64,000 nt of DNA, from positions 128,001-192,000 of the forward strand of contig JBBFKW010000006.1 of assembly GCA_037481835.1 (NCBI GenBank), written 5' to 3'. Shown piece by piece: positions 37,233-46,325 of this stretch. Below the pieces are notes generated by a model. That model was not told where the DNA came from. It searched no databases and was given only the letters and a program-made list of their open reading frames with translations. The first letter of the stretch is position 1. The number at the start of each line of letters is the position of its first letter. Both the position numbers and the translations under genes were made by a program. The stretch comes from Desulfosoma sp. Its GTDB lineage: Bacteria; Desulfobacterota; Syntrophobacteria; Syntrophobacterales; DSM-9756.

Positions 37233-40200
37233 GTGCTCGGGACCCGGCCGCTGCTCCCTCTCGCCCTAGGCTTTGCAGCGGGGATCGCCGGAGCCCGCCT
37301 TTGGGGCCTCACCCAGGAAACGCCGTGTCTTGTCGGCGCTTCGGCGGCCGTAGTCGCGGCGGCTCTCAGCCCTTTTTTTCGACCGGTATCCCCTCGGCTC
37401 TCAAAGATCGCCATTGCCGCTCTTCTCTGCACGGCGGCGGCCCTTTTCGGATCCTTTCTTCTCGTTCGCAGCGACAAAAAAGCCGTTCCCGACCCGTCTT
37501 TGGCGTCCCTCCTGGACGGATCGGAACGGCGCTACCGCGTGCTCATCCGACCGTATCCCGATTTTTATCCCGACAAAACCGTCTTCCCTGTCACCCTCCT
37601 TGCCGTTTGGGACACTCCCGAAGACCCCGGCCCTCTCTCCCTTGAGGTGCCTTCTTTGTTCCCCGTCCCCCTTGAAGCGAATTCGTTGTCTTCTCTCCCC
37701 CTCGAAGCGAAATCTTTATCTCCTCTCAGTCTTGAGGGGGACTCTTTGTCTTCTCTCCCCGTTGAGGGGAATTCTTTGTCTTCTCTCCCCCTCGAAGCGA
37801 AATCTTTATCTCCTCTCAGTCTTGAGGGGAACTCTTTGTCTCCTTTGCCCCTTGAAGGCAATTTTTTATCCCCTCTTCCCCTTCAGCGGGCCTCCTTACC
37901 TTCTCTTCCCCTTGAGGGGGATCATTCATCCCCTCTCCCCCTTCAGCGGGGTTCCGTGTCTCCTCTTCCCCTTGTCGGGGATCATTCATCCCCTCTCCCC
38001 CTTGAGGGGGAGAGGTCGGGTGAGGGGGTGTCCTTTCCCCGATCGACACCCTCACCCCAACCCTCTCCCTCAAGGGAGAGGGAGCCAATGAACAGCAAGG
38101 CGAGGGGGCCGGTGAATAGCAAGGAGAGGGAGCTCGTGAACGACAAGGAGTGGGAGCTCGTGAACGACAAGGAGTGGGAGCTCGTGAAGGGGAGCGAGAG
38201 GGAGGTAGTGAAGGACAAGGAGAGGGGACTTGTGAAGGACAGAAAGAGGGCGCTCGAGGAAGATCCCCTGGAACGAAACGCGGATGGGACACCCGCTCCT
38301 CCAAAATCGCTTCCCAGGGAACCCGCGCGCTCATCCTCTGCAAGGGCCGATCTCCTTCCTCACCCGGTCAGACAAAATCCCCCGGCTCCTCTTCCCCTTG
38401 AGGGGGATTCTTCTTCTCCTCTCCCCCTTGAGGGGGAGAGGTCGGGTGAGGGGGTGTCCTTTCCCCGATCGACACCCTCACCCCAACCCTCTCCCTCAAG
38501 GGAGAGGGAGCCAATGAACAGCAAGGCGAGGGGGCCGGTGAATAGCAAGGAGAGGGAGCTCGTGAACGACAAGGAGAGGGAGCCGGTGAGTGACAAGGAG
38601 TGGGAGCTCGTGAAGGGGACTGAGAGGGAGGTGGTGAAGGACAAGGAGAGGGGACTTGTGAAGGACAGGAAGAGGGCGCTCGAGGAAGATCCCCTTGAGC
38701 GAAACGCGGATGGGACACCCGCTCGTCCAAAATCGCTTCCCAAGGGACCCGCGCGCTCATCCTCTGCAAGGGCCGATCTTCTTCCTCACCCGGTCAAACG
38801 AAATCCCCCGGCTCCTCCTCCCCTTGAGGGGGCTCCTTCATCCCCTCTCCCCTTTCAGGAAGCTCCCGTGTCTCCTCTTCCCCTCGAGGGGGATCATTCA
38901 TCCCCTCTCCCCCTTCAGGGGGAGAGGTCGGGTGAGGGGGTGCCCTTTCCCCGATCGACACCCTCACCCCAGCCCTCTCCCTCAAGGGAGAGGGAGATGT
39001 TTAAGGACAAGGAGAGGGGGCCGAAGAGGAATCGTCTGACAAGCCTTCCAACCGGCGAGGGGGCCATGGGTGTGCGGGTCTCCGTCCGCACGGTCCTCGG
39101 ATCCTGGAAGGCGGGAGACGTCGTCGACATGCCGCTCACCCTGCGCCCCCTCACCAACTTCGAAAATCCCGGCCGATACGACTACGTGGCGGACCAGGCA
39201 AGGCGAGGCCTCCATGCTCGAGCCTCCTCCAAAAGCGACATTTTCTGGGTCCATGCCTTTCCTCCCGGCGTCGGCTCCGCCGCCGTGGGAGCCATCCATC
39301 GTGGGATCGACGCCGTCCGCCAACATTTTCGCCGCCTGATTGAAGAAAACATCCACGGTCCGCCGGGCGCCGTCGCCCAAGCGCTCTTTCTCGGCTATCG
39401 AAACGCCGTGCCGCCTTCCATCCAAGACCGCTTCCAAAAAGCCGGCGTCATGCACCTTCTCGCCATATCCGGTCTTCACGTGGGCCTTGCCGCGTGGGCG
39501 GCTTTCCGGGTGGCCCAGATCCTCCTTCGGCTTCTGTGCCCCGGAGTGCTCCTTCGGATCCCGGACGTCCACCTCGCCTGGTGGGCCGGCTGCGCCGCCG
39601 CCACCGCCTACGCCCTGATGGCAGGACTGGCCGTCCCCACGCAAAGAGCCCTCATTCTCCTCATTTCGGCCGCCGCCGCCTTGGTTCTCTACCGCAAGCC
39701 GGATCCCCTGAACCTTCTCGCCACCGCGGGGATCCTCATTCTCCTCCTGGATCCGAACAACCTCTTTCGCCCGTCCTTCCAGCTTTCCTTCGCTGCGTTC
39801 CTCGGGATCGTGCTGGCATATGCGCCGTGGAGCGCCTTCGCCCGAAAGAAAATCGGGAAGCTCCCCCGTCGGATTCGCTGGGCGGCGACCCTGTTCGCCG
39901 ACGCGTTCCTTCTTTCCGCGGCGGCGACCCTGACTGCGGCGCCTCTTACGGCCTACCATTTCCACAGCTTTTCCGCCGCAGGGCTTGCCGCCAACACGGT
40001 CATCGTACCCTTTCTCGCCCTTGCCGTGCTCCCGCCGGGCTTGGCAGCCCTGGCTCTGGGAGCGCTCGTCCCGCCCGCAGCCCCCGTGCTGCTTCTCCCC
40101 GTAGGCTGGACCTTGGAACTCCTCCTATGGCTCATTGAAGGATTTGCCGCCTTTCCCTTGGGCTTCGCCCATGTGGGGCCCGTTCCCGTCTGGGGGCTCG

Positions 40201-41273
40201 TTGCGTTTTATACCGCCGCAGCCGTGAGCTTTCTTCCCGTCACACCGAAAAAAAAGATTCTGGGAATGGCGGTTGTCATGGCCTTCGTTGCGGGTTTCAG
40301 CCTCGTTCGCCATCTTCACGGTCTTTCCAAGGTCGAATCCCTGTTCCAAGTGACGGCGCTGGATGTGGGCCAGGGGTCTGCGACCGTCATCCGCTGTCCC
40401 GAAGGCGCTGCGATCCTCGTGGACGGCGGCGGCTTTTACGACGATTCCTTCGACGTGGGCCGCCACGTGGTGGCTCCAGCCCTTTGGGCCATGGGCATCC
40501 GCCGCCTGGATACGGTCGTCTTGAGCCACGATCATCCCGACCATCGAAACGGCCTGCGCTTCATTCTGGAAACCTTTCCCGTCGGCCGATACGTGGAAAC
40601 GGGCATCACTTCGCGCGGCCTTGAAGGATCCGCGCTTTCGGCCGTCGCCGCCCGACGCCGCATTCCCATCGTGCACACCCTTATGGATGCGCCGCAAGAC
40701 GCCGACGGCACCGTGGATCTCGGACCCGTCGGACACTGCCGGATCCGATCCCTTCACCCGACCCCGGCTTTCATCAAGAACGCCTGGGACGGAAAAGACC
40801 TCAACGAAGTGTCCTTGGTCCTGGAAGTGACCTGCGGAGACGCGGGAATCCTCCTTCCCGGCGATATCGGGCAAGAGACGGAACGGATCCTCTTGGAAAA
40901 AGCCTTCCCCAAGTCCCTCTCCTTTTCCCGGCGCTGGGTGCTCATCGCCCCCCATCACGGAAGCGCCGGATCCTGCAGCCGCGCGCTTTTGGAAACCCTT
41001 CGGCCCGACGCCGTCCTGATTTCCTGCGGCCCTTCCAATCCCTTCGGCTTTCCCGCCCCGGCCGTGCTGGATCGGATCCAAGCCCTGGGCATTCCCGTTC
41101 TTCGCACCGATCTTCACGGCGCCGTCCACGCCGCCTGGGACGGATCCCGCTGGCGGTGGAGCACTATGATTGCCAAGCGACAACAGCTTTACACTCCCGC
41201 GTTGCTACCCGCGCCGAAGAGAGAATTCCCAGCAAAGAGGTCGGCTCCCCAAGGTCAGGATTGTCGTTCATAG
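37233..41273 (+). CDS. comEC: DNA uptake competence protein ComEC/Rec2 with large in-frame repetitive insertion
   Basis: NPGRYDY, HLLAISGLH, SFQLSF, LDVGQG, SHDHPDH, GD, PHHGS, RTD; start uncertain (open frame from 37032, GTG at 37233 chosen). Confidence 0.88.
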   Translation: MLGTRPLLPLALGFAAGIAGARLWGLTQETPCLVGASAAVVAAALSPFFRPVSPRLSKIAIAALLCTAAALFGSFLLVRSDKKAVPDPSLASLLDGSERRYRVLIRPYPDFYPDKTVFPVTLLAVWDTPEDPGPLSLEVPSLFPVPLEANSLSSLPLEAKSLSPLSLEGDSLSSLPVEGNSLSSLPLEAKSLSPLSLEGNSLSPLPLEGNFLSPLPLQRASLPSLPLEGDHSSPLPLQRGSVSPLPLVGDHSSPLPLEGERSGEGVSFPRSTPSPQPSPSREREPMNSKARGPVNSKERELVNDKEWELVNDKEWELVKGSEREVVKDKERGLVKDRKRALEEDPLERNADGTPAPPKSLPREPARSSSARADLLPHPVRQNPPAPLPLEGDSSSPLPLEGERSGEGVSFPRSTPSPQPSPSREREPMNSKARGPVNSKERELVNDKEREPVSDKEWELVKGTEREVVKDKERGLVKDRKRALEEDPLERNADGTPARPKSLPKGPARSSSARADLLPHPVKRNPPAPPPLEGAPSSPLPFQEAPVSPLPLEGDHSSPLPLQGERSGEGVPFPRSTPSPQPSPSREREMFKDKERGPKRNRLTSLPTGEGAMGVRVSVRTVLGSWKAGDVVDMPLTLRPLTNFENPGRYDYVADQARRGLHARASSKSDIFWVHAFPPGVGSAAVGAIHRGIDAVRQHFRRLIEENIHGPPGAVAQALFLGYRNAVPPSIQDRFQKAGVMHLLAISGLHVGLAAWAAFRVAQILLRLLCPGVLLRIPDVHLAWWAGCAAATAYALMAGLAVPTQRALILLISAAAALVLYRKPDPLNLLATAGILILLLDPNNLFRPSFQLSFAAFLGIVLAYAPWSAFARKKIGKLPRRIRWAATLFADAFLLSAAATLTAAPLTAYHFHSFSAAGLAANTVIVPFLALAVLPPGLAALALGALVPPAAPVLLLPVGWTLELLLWLIEGFAAFPLGFAHVGPVPVWGLVAFYTAAAVSFLPVTPKKKILGMAVVMAFVAGFSLVRHLHGLSKVESLFQVTALDVGQGSATVIRCPEGAAILVDGGGFYDDSFDVGRHVVAPALWAMGIRRLDTVVLSHDHPDHRNGLRFILETFPVGRYVETGITSRGLEGSALSAVAARRRIPIVHTLMDAPQDADGTVDLGPVGHCRIRSLHPTPAFIKNAWDGKDLNEVSLVLEVTCGDAGILLPGDIGQETERILLEKAFPKSLSFSRRWVLIAPHHGSAGSCSRALLETLRPDAVLISCGPSNPFGFPAPAVLDRIQALGIPVLRTDLHGAVHAAWDGSRWRWSTMIAKRQQLYTPALLPAPKREFPAKRSAPQGQDCRS
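37629..39065 (+). repeat. In-frame REP-derived repeat expansion within comEC
   Basis: 30-bp units (SLSPLPLEGx), 24-bp units (KERELVND), three copies of GGGAGAGGTCGGGTGAGGG...CCCTCACCCC.ACCCTCTCCCTCAAGGGAGAGGG spaced 426 and 486 bp apart. Confidence 0.9.
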
Positions 41274-41500
41274 TGAAAGCCCAGCCTTTTTTGACAGAGA
41301 GGCCATAAACGCTTCGCACTCCCTCAGCAAAAATATGCAACCATTTAAAGATATTAGATGCTTTGACGTTGACAAAGGAGGGGCGACCGGCTAATGGTTC
41401 AGTAAAATCAGATTGGTCAAATGGGTGATAGACATCCTACGCATCTGTGACATTACGCTGATGCGCTATTGACCCATTGCGAGACGGGGGTTTTTCATTA

Positions 41501-41860
41501 ATGGCAAAAATCTTAGTGATCGAAGATGATGACGGGCTGAGGGAACTCTTAGGAACATTTCTTCGGGAGGTCGGCTATGCCGTCGTGCAGGCGTCGGACG
41601 GCTTGGAAGGCATGGAATGCATGGAGCGAGAGCCCTTTGACCTTATCATCGTCGACGTGATGCTGCCTTATGTGAGTGGGATCGGATTAGTAAAGCTCAG
41701 CAAGGAACGTTCTCCAGATATCCCTATTATTTGCATTACAGGCTACGGCAATTCGCCTGAAAAACTGGCCCAGCAAGAACACGCCGACCAAGTGCTCTCT
41801 AAACCTTTCGATCTGAAGGATCTGGCTGGAGCGGTGGAAGCCCTCTTGTCGCGTCAATAG
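41501..41860 (+). CDS. Single-domain response regulator (receiver)
   Basis: ILVIEDD, IVDVMLP, ITG, KPF. Confidence 0.9.
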   Translation: MAKILVIEDDDGLRELLGTFLREVGYAVVQASDGLEGMECMEREPFDLIIVDVMLPYVSGIGLVKLSKERSPDIPIICITGYGNSPEKLAQQEHADQVLSKPFDLKDLAGAVEALLSRQ

Positions 41861-41947
41861 GAATGAAGCCGCAAACAAGGAGCCAGGTTTTCGGACGGGA
41901 TCCCCCATGTCTTGTTCGACCCGCCGTAAAGAGGAAAAAAACGGGAC

Positions 41948-42979
41948 GTGACGGAACCGCAAATCATCGGCATCAGCCCTTCCATCAATAAGATCCGCCA
42001 GTTGATCCGCCGCGTTGCGGACGTCGATCTGACGGTCCTTATCACTGGCGAAAGCGGGGTCGGCAAGGAACTCGTGGCCCGCTCTCTGCACTATTATTCC
42101 CGGCGTCGTCACGAGCCTTTCCTCAAGGTCAACTGCGCGGCCCTGCCGGGGGAACTCATTGAATCGGAACTGTTCGGGTATGAAAAAGGCGCCTTTACGG
42201 GAGCAGACCGTCAAAAGAAAGGCAAGTTTGAAGCAGCTGGAGAAGGATCCATATTTCTCGACGAAATCGGAGAAATTCCCCCGCCAATGCAGGCTAAGCT
42301 CTTGCAGGTCCTCCAAGACATGAAATATCCCCGCATCGGGGGAGTCCAAGAAATCCCAAGCAAAGCCAGGGTCATTGCGGCGACGAACATCAATTTGGAA
42401 AGCGAAATCCAGCGCGGCCGCTTCCGTGAAGATCTCTACTTTCGCATCAACACCATCAGCATTCCCGTGCCACCCTTAAGGGAACGCAAGGAGGACCTGG
42501 AGCCTCTCATTCATTTCTTCATGAAGACTTTTAAGAAGGAGTTCGGCCTGGAACCGTACCCTGTTCCGGATCGTCTCATGAAACTTTTTCACTTTTATCA
42601 CTGGCCGGGAAACGTGCGGGAGTTGGAAAACTACCTCAAGCGCCTTTGTGTTCTTGGGAATTCCAAGGAAATCGAAGAAGAAATCCAGCGCAGCCTGGAC
42701 GAAGGCCTTCCTCTGACCAACAGCAACAACGTCATGCGCCCAACCGAAGACTATGTTGTCATGAAAACCACGGAAGAGGTCTGCTCCCTCGCCGACAACC
42801 CCGAAAGCTTTCCTTCCTTAAAAGAAATCAGAGACCGCGCCGTGGAGCGGGTTGAAAGGGCCATTCTTGAGCACGTGCTTAGGGAAGTGAACTGGAACCG
42901 CCGGGAAGCCGCCAAAATCCTCAGGATCAGCTACAGGACCCTCCTTTACAAGATCAAGGACCTGGACCTTCGCCCTTAG
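41948..42979 (+). CDS. Sigma54-dependent enhancer-binding protein lacking an N-terminal sensor domain
   Basis: GESGVGKE, GAFTGA, FLDEIGE, WPGNVREL, C-terminal Fis-type HTH. Confidence 0.93.
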   Translation: MTEPQIIGISPSINKIRQLIRRVADVDLTVLITGESGVGKELVARSLHYYSRRRHEPFLKVNCAALPGELIESELFGYEKGAFTGADRQKKGKFEAAGEGSIFLDEIGEIPPPMQAKLLQVLQDMKYPRIGGVQEIPSKARVIAATNINLESEIQRGRFREDLYFRINTISIPVPPLRERKEDLEPLIHFFMKTFKKEFGLEPYPVPDRLMKLFHFYHWPGNVRELENYLKRLCVLGNSKEIEEEIQRSLDEGLPLTNSNNVMRPTEDYVVMKTTEEVCSLADNPESFPSLKEIRDRAVERVERAILEHVLREVNWNRREAAKILRISYRTLLYKIKDLDLRP

Positions 42980-43008
42980 CAGGAAGGCCGTTAGTGAGTG
43001 GGCTCTTT

Positions 43009-43062
43009 TGCAAATATATGCAAAACATTGCATGCCTCATATGCAAAATATTGCACATTGCA
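43009..43062. promoter_or_regulatory. Cluster of TGCA-N6-TGCA palindromes, candidate activator binding sites
   Basis: TGCA at 43009, 43019, 43029, 43042, 43052 and 43059 in AT-rich context. Confidence 0.45.
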
Positions 43063-43398
43063 TGGGTGTTCATAAGGATTGGGATGGCAGTTTAGCCCTA
43101 AAGCCCGCACGCATTCAGGCGATGATCAAATGAGAAAATATGGTCGTTGAGAGGTCTTGCGTGGATTTTACCAAACCAAGACTTGATCGAATACCGCCCT
43201 CTCGTCCTCCGGTACACTTCTTGCATGAAAACTTCGTCAATTTCAGCTCGAGGCCGCGCAGTTTTGGCGAGCTCGAGCGGCGTGCTTCGAAGAAATGCCC
43301 ATGCCCCAGGGCGATGGGATTTCTTGCGGCGGCGACAGGGACAAGAGAGATCACAAGGCTCAAAGGTTCTTCGGCGGTGCGGAAAAGATTGATGAAAC

Positions 43399-44595
43399 AT
43401 GGAGCAACTCATGAAAAGGCTCTCGGAGCGCATTGAACGTCGTCGGGACCGCCGGCTCCCGGTTTCCTTAGGCGCTGTGCTCAGGGCGCCCGATGGGCGA
43501 TGGGCCCGCCATGCTCATGTAAAAGATCTCCACCGCTTCGGCGCCCGCGCTTGCGTTGAGGACATGGACATTCTGGCCGAAGACGACCCCGTTCTTGTCG
43601 AGTTTGACCTGGATTCCGAAAAGGGAGAAGCCCTCGGACGTGTGCGGTGGACACTTAGGGGCGAGGGCGACAGCCTCCACTGCGGCGTTACGTTCGACGA
43701 GCCTCTTTCAATTAAACTCCCATTGGACACCGTCCAGGCGGCTTTCGCGCGCCTCCAGGAAGAGGCGCCTGAGCATAAGCTAAATATGAACTACTCTTTG
43801 CTGGAAAAAATCACCCTGGCCATGCATGGAGAGACGTGGGCTGGAGGTCTTCTCAACTTGTTTGCAATTCCTGCGCAGCACGCCTTGAATGCCTTAGGCA
43901 CACGCTTAGAATTGGATTCTCTGCGTCTTCAGAGGGCGTTATCGGAGACACATGCCCTTTCCGCCAAAGCCTCTTTGCACCCACTTTTATTAATTTTAAC
44001 GGACGTTTTTCAAGACCTTCAAACCATATCGAAAAAAATCAAAGAATTCATCAGGCATCTCAACTCACTCCATGGATCCTTGCTCCTTGAGCCGGATAAT
44101 TACGTCCGCCAAGTAGATCCGGCGGAGCTGATGCGGCAATCAGTAACATTCATGGAGGCGCTTTGCGGTTTTCTCGGGGGCAAAATGGCATCGCTGCGTT
44201 TTAGAACAGCGGAGGGTGCACTCCCCTTATTGGGGGTCCGCCCGCTGGATTTACGGCGGAGCCTTGATGCGTGCCTTCTAGGGATGATGGAATCAGCCCT
44301 GTGCAGCCAGGGCACCACCATAACTGTTGGACCTATAGAAACGGAAAGCTGGGTCGGGGTACAATTCGGCCATGACGGCTTTCGCATGATGCAAGCGCAA
44401 GCTTTACGTCTCCGCCTTGACGATGCCGGGTTCATCGGTGAAACGAGCAGCCGGGACGAACGGACTGCCCTCAGATTTTACCACGCCATTTTGCCCTTAC
44501 GGGAATATGGCGTGTTTCTCAATATTTATCCCGAATCCGGACGCAACCGAGTACAGCTGCGGTTACCCTTAACTACGCGAGCCAACAGCGCATAA
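43399..44595 (+). CDS. PilZ-domain protein with degenerate histidine-kinase-like C-terminus
   Basis: RRRDRR (RxxxR), DLHRFG, VRW...CGVTF; C-terminal half has helical then HATPase-like layout without canonical boxes (inference). Confidence 0.65.
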   Translation: MEQLMKRLSERIERRRDRRLPVSLGAVLRAPDGRWARHAHVKDLHRFGARACVEDMDILAEDDPVLVEFDLDSEKGEALGRVRWTLRGEGDSLHCGVTFDEPLSIKLPLDTVQAAFARLQEEAPEHKLNMNYSLLEKITLAMHGETWAGGLLNLFAIPAQHALNALGTRLELDSLRLQRALSETHALSAKASLHPLLLILTDVFQDLQTISKKIKEFIRHLNSLHGSLLLEPDNYVRQVDPAELMRQSVTFMEALCGFLGGKMASLRFRTAEGALPLLGVRPLDLRRSLDACLLGMMESALCSQGTTITVGPIETESWVGVQFGHDGFRMMQAQALRLRLDDAGFIGETSSRDERTALRFYHAILPLREYGVFLNIYPESGRNRVQLRLPLTTRANSA

Positions 44596-44883
44596 ATCCA
44601 GCACTCAGGGCGAGAAGCTCTCCAGGATGCCCTGAGCGCCGAACTCTCCCGCGACAATTCGAGTCACGCATGCTGGTGATTTTCGGAAAATTTCAGGGTA
44701 ACAATTGAATATTGGGAAAGTCTGGTTAACTTTGGGGATGTCATTTCACCTTTTCCTACCCCTCATTTCGTTCTTTTTTCCCTTTTCCAGACAGTCTACG
44801 TGCACCATGGAGTCAGGATGTCGCCAGGAGAGGTGCAGGGACAAGACTCTACAAGCCTGGAGGGGCAAAAGGAAAAGTGAACG

Positions 44884-45258
44884 ATGGAAACAACAAGGGA
44901 AAGGCGCCTTCATGAGCGGTTTCGCCTCGCTGGCGATGTTTTCCTCGCTTTCCGACCCAGCTTCGAGAGGGTGGGAAGAATCCTTGACATCAGCGCCGGT
45001 GGGATTGCCGTGGAATACGCTTCAGACCTTGGCCCCCTCGAGCGGGGTGAAGTGCTGGTCGACATTTTTGTGAAGCATAAGAACACACGAATCCGCAGCC
45101 TTCCATGCCATGTTGTCTATGATGTCGAGGAGCCATCGGGTTTCGAATGGGGGGGAGTTGCACTGCGGCGTTGCGGCTTGAAGTTCTTGGCCCTGGCAGA
45201 GGAACACTTTTCGGAACTCAGAGGATTCTTCAGCGACTGCATAATGGCACCAGCATAA
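44884..45258 (+). CDS. Single-domain PilZ protein
   Basis: ERRLHERF (RxxxR), DISAGG, CGLKF. Confidence 0.85.
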   Translation: METTRERRLHERFRLAGDVFLAFRPSFERVGRILDISAGGIAVEYASDLGPLERGEVLVDIFVKHKNTRIRSLPCHVVYDVEEPSGFEWGGVALRRCGLKFLALAEEHFSELRGFFSDCIMAPA

Positions 45259-45278
45259 GGCCTATCTTCTTTGGTTTC

Positions 45279-46196
45279 TTACTCCTTGAGGCCTTCTCGA
45301 CAGGTTGCCAAGTAGCTTCGAAGGTCGGTCTTGGTGTCGGCCAAGTTCAACTTCCTCCGGATGTTTCTCCGGTGCGTTTTGACGGTGCTTAGCGAAACGT
45401 GAAGCTGTCGGGCTATTTCTTCCGTAGTCAGGCCACTCTTGATAAGCGTTGCAACCCGTAACTCTGTGAAGGACAACGTGGAGACGATTCTGCCGCTCAA
45501 AGCATCCCCGGAGGTCAACTCGTCGATTATTTGTTGCATGGCCGCCTCCAGTTCGGCGGCTTTATCCGCGGTTCGGGCATTAAGGGCCAGTCGTCCCACT
45601 AAAGGCATAATAACCCCGCGTAGTTGAATAGCGATGCGCCTCTCTGTTTCTTCACGTTCCCTGGCGATGTTCTGAGCGAGAACGGCCATGGCTTTGTTGG
45701 TTTTGAGCAGCTGCTCGTTCAGAAATTCCAGTCGGCGGTTTTGCTCCGTAAGGAGCCTTTCGTTTTCGCGAAGCTCTTCCAGCAAAGCCCTGAGTCGGTC
45801 TTCTTTCCGTTTGGCGTCCAAGGCCCTCTCAATGGCATGCTTGAGAATCGAGTAATCAAAAGGCTTCTCAATAAAGTCGAAGGCCCCAAGCTTGAGAGCC
45901 TGTATCGCTGTATTCTTGTCGGCGTATCCGGTGACCATGATGACCTTTACGGAGGGGAATCGCGTTTGAATCTGAGGCAGGAAGTCCAAACCGTTGCCGT
46001 CCTGGAAATGGACGTCGAGTAAAATGACATCATACTCGGGACGACTCTCTGAAACGCTGAGGACGTGGGAAGGATGCGGACAGGTGTCGGCCCTCATCTG
46101 CCACGATTCAAGGAGGCCCTGGAGGGTTTCACAGATCATGGGCTCGTCGTCGACGACGAGAACCTTGGGCAATCCATCGTTCTCGGTGTATTTCAT
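45279..46196 (-). CDS. Response regulator: receiver + coiled coil + LuxR-type HTH
   Basis: VVDDE, ILLDV, VTG, KPF; LSFTE..VA...GLTTEEIA...STVKTHRRNIRRKL. Confidence 0.9.
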   Translation of the reverse strand: MKYTENDGLPKVLVVDDEPMICETLQGLLESWQMRADTCPHPSHVLSVSESRPEYDVILLDVHFQDGNGLDFLPQIQTRFPSVKVIMVTGYADKNTAIQALKLGAFDFIEKPFDYSILKHAIERALDAKRKEDRLRALLEELRENERLLTEQNRRLEFLNEQLLKTNKAMAVLAQNIAREREETERRIAIQLRGVIMPLVGRLALNARTADKAAELEAAMQQIIDELTSGDALSGRIVSTLSFTELRVATLIKSGLTTEEIARQLHVSLSTVKTHRRNIRRKLNLADTKTDLRSYLATCREGLKE

Positions 46197-46325
46197 GGTT
46201 GTGCCCTTCTTTCAGGGGTCACTCACGACAAATATGGTTCGACCAAACAGTGGAGACCCTGCCGCACACGAGTCTTAAAGCTCATCGCATTGACACCCAT
46301 TAATAGGGCAAAACGCCGGTAGGTT

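Noticed and set aside
250..37477. Many long antisense or alternative-frame ORFs (e.g. 13274-14509, 25016-26566, 35807-37477)
   Set aside because: Shadow ORFs expected in high-GC DNA, overlapping well-supported genes
37629..39065. Intein, intron or CRISPR array inside comEC
   Set aside because: No intein terminal or homing-endonuclease motifs and no unique spacers; it is tandem low-complexity sequence
41501..42979. Receiver and sigma54 activator as one NtrC-like gene broken by a nonsense mutation
   Set aside because: Same frame, but three in-frame stops separate them and the second gene has its own purine-rich RBS
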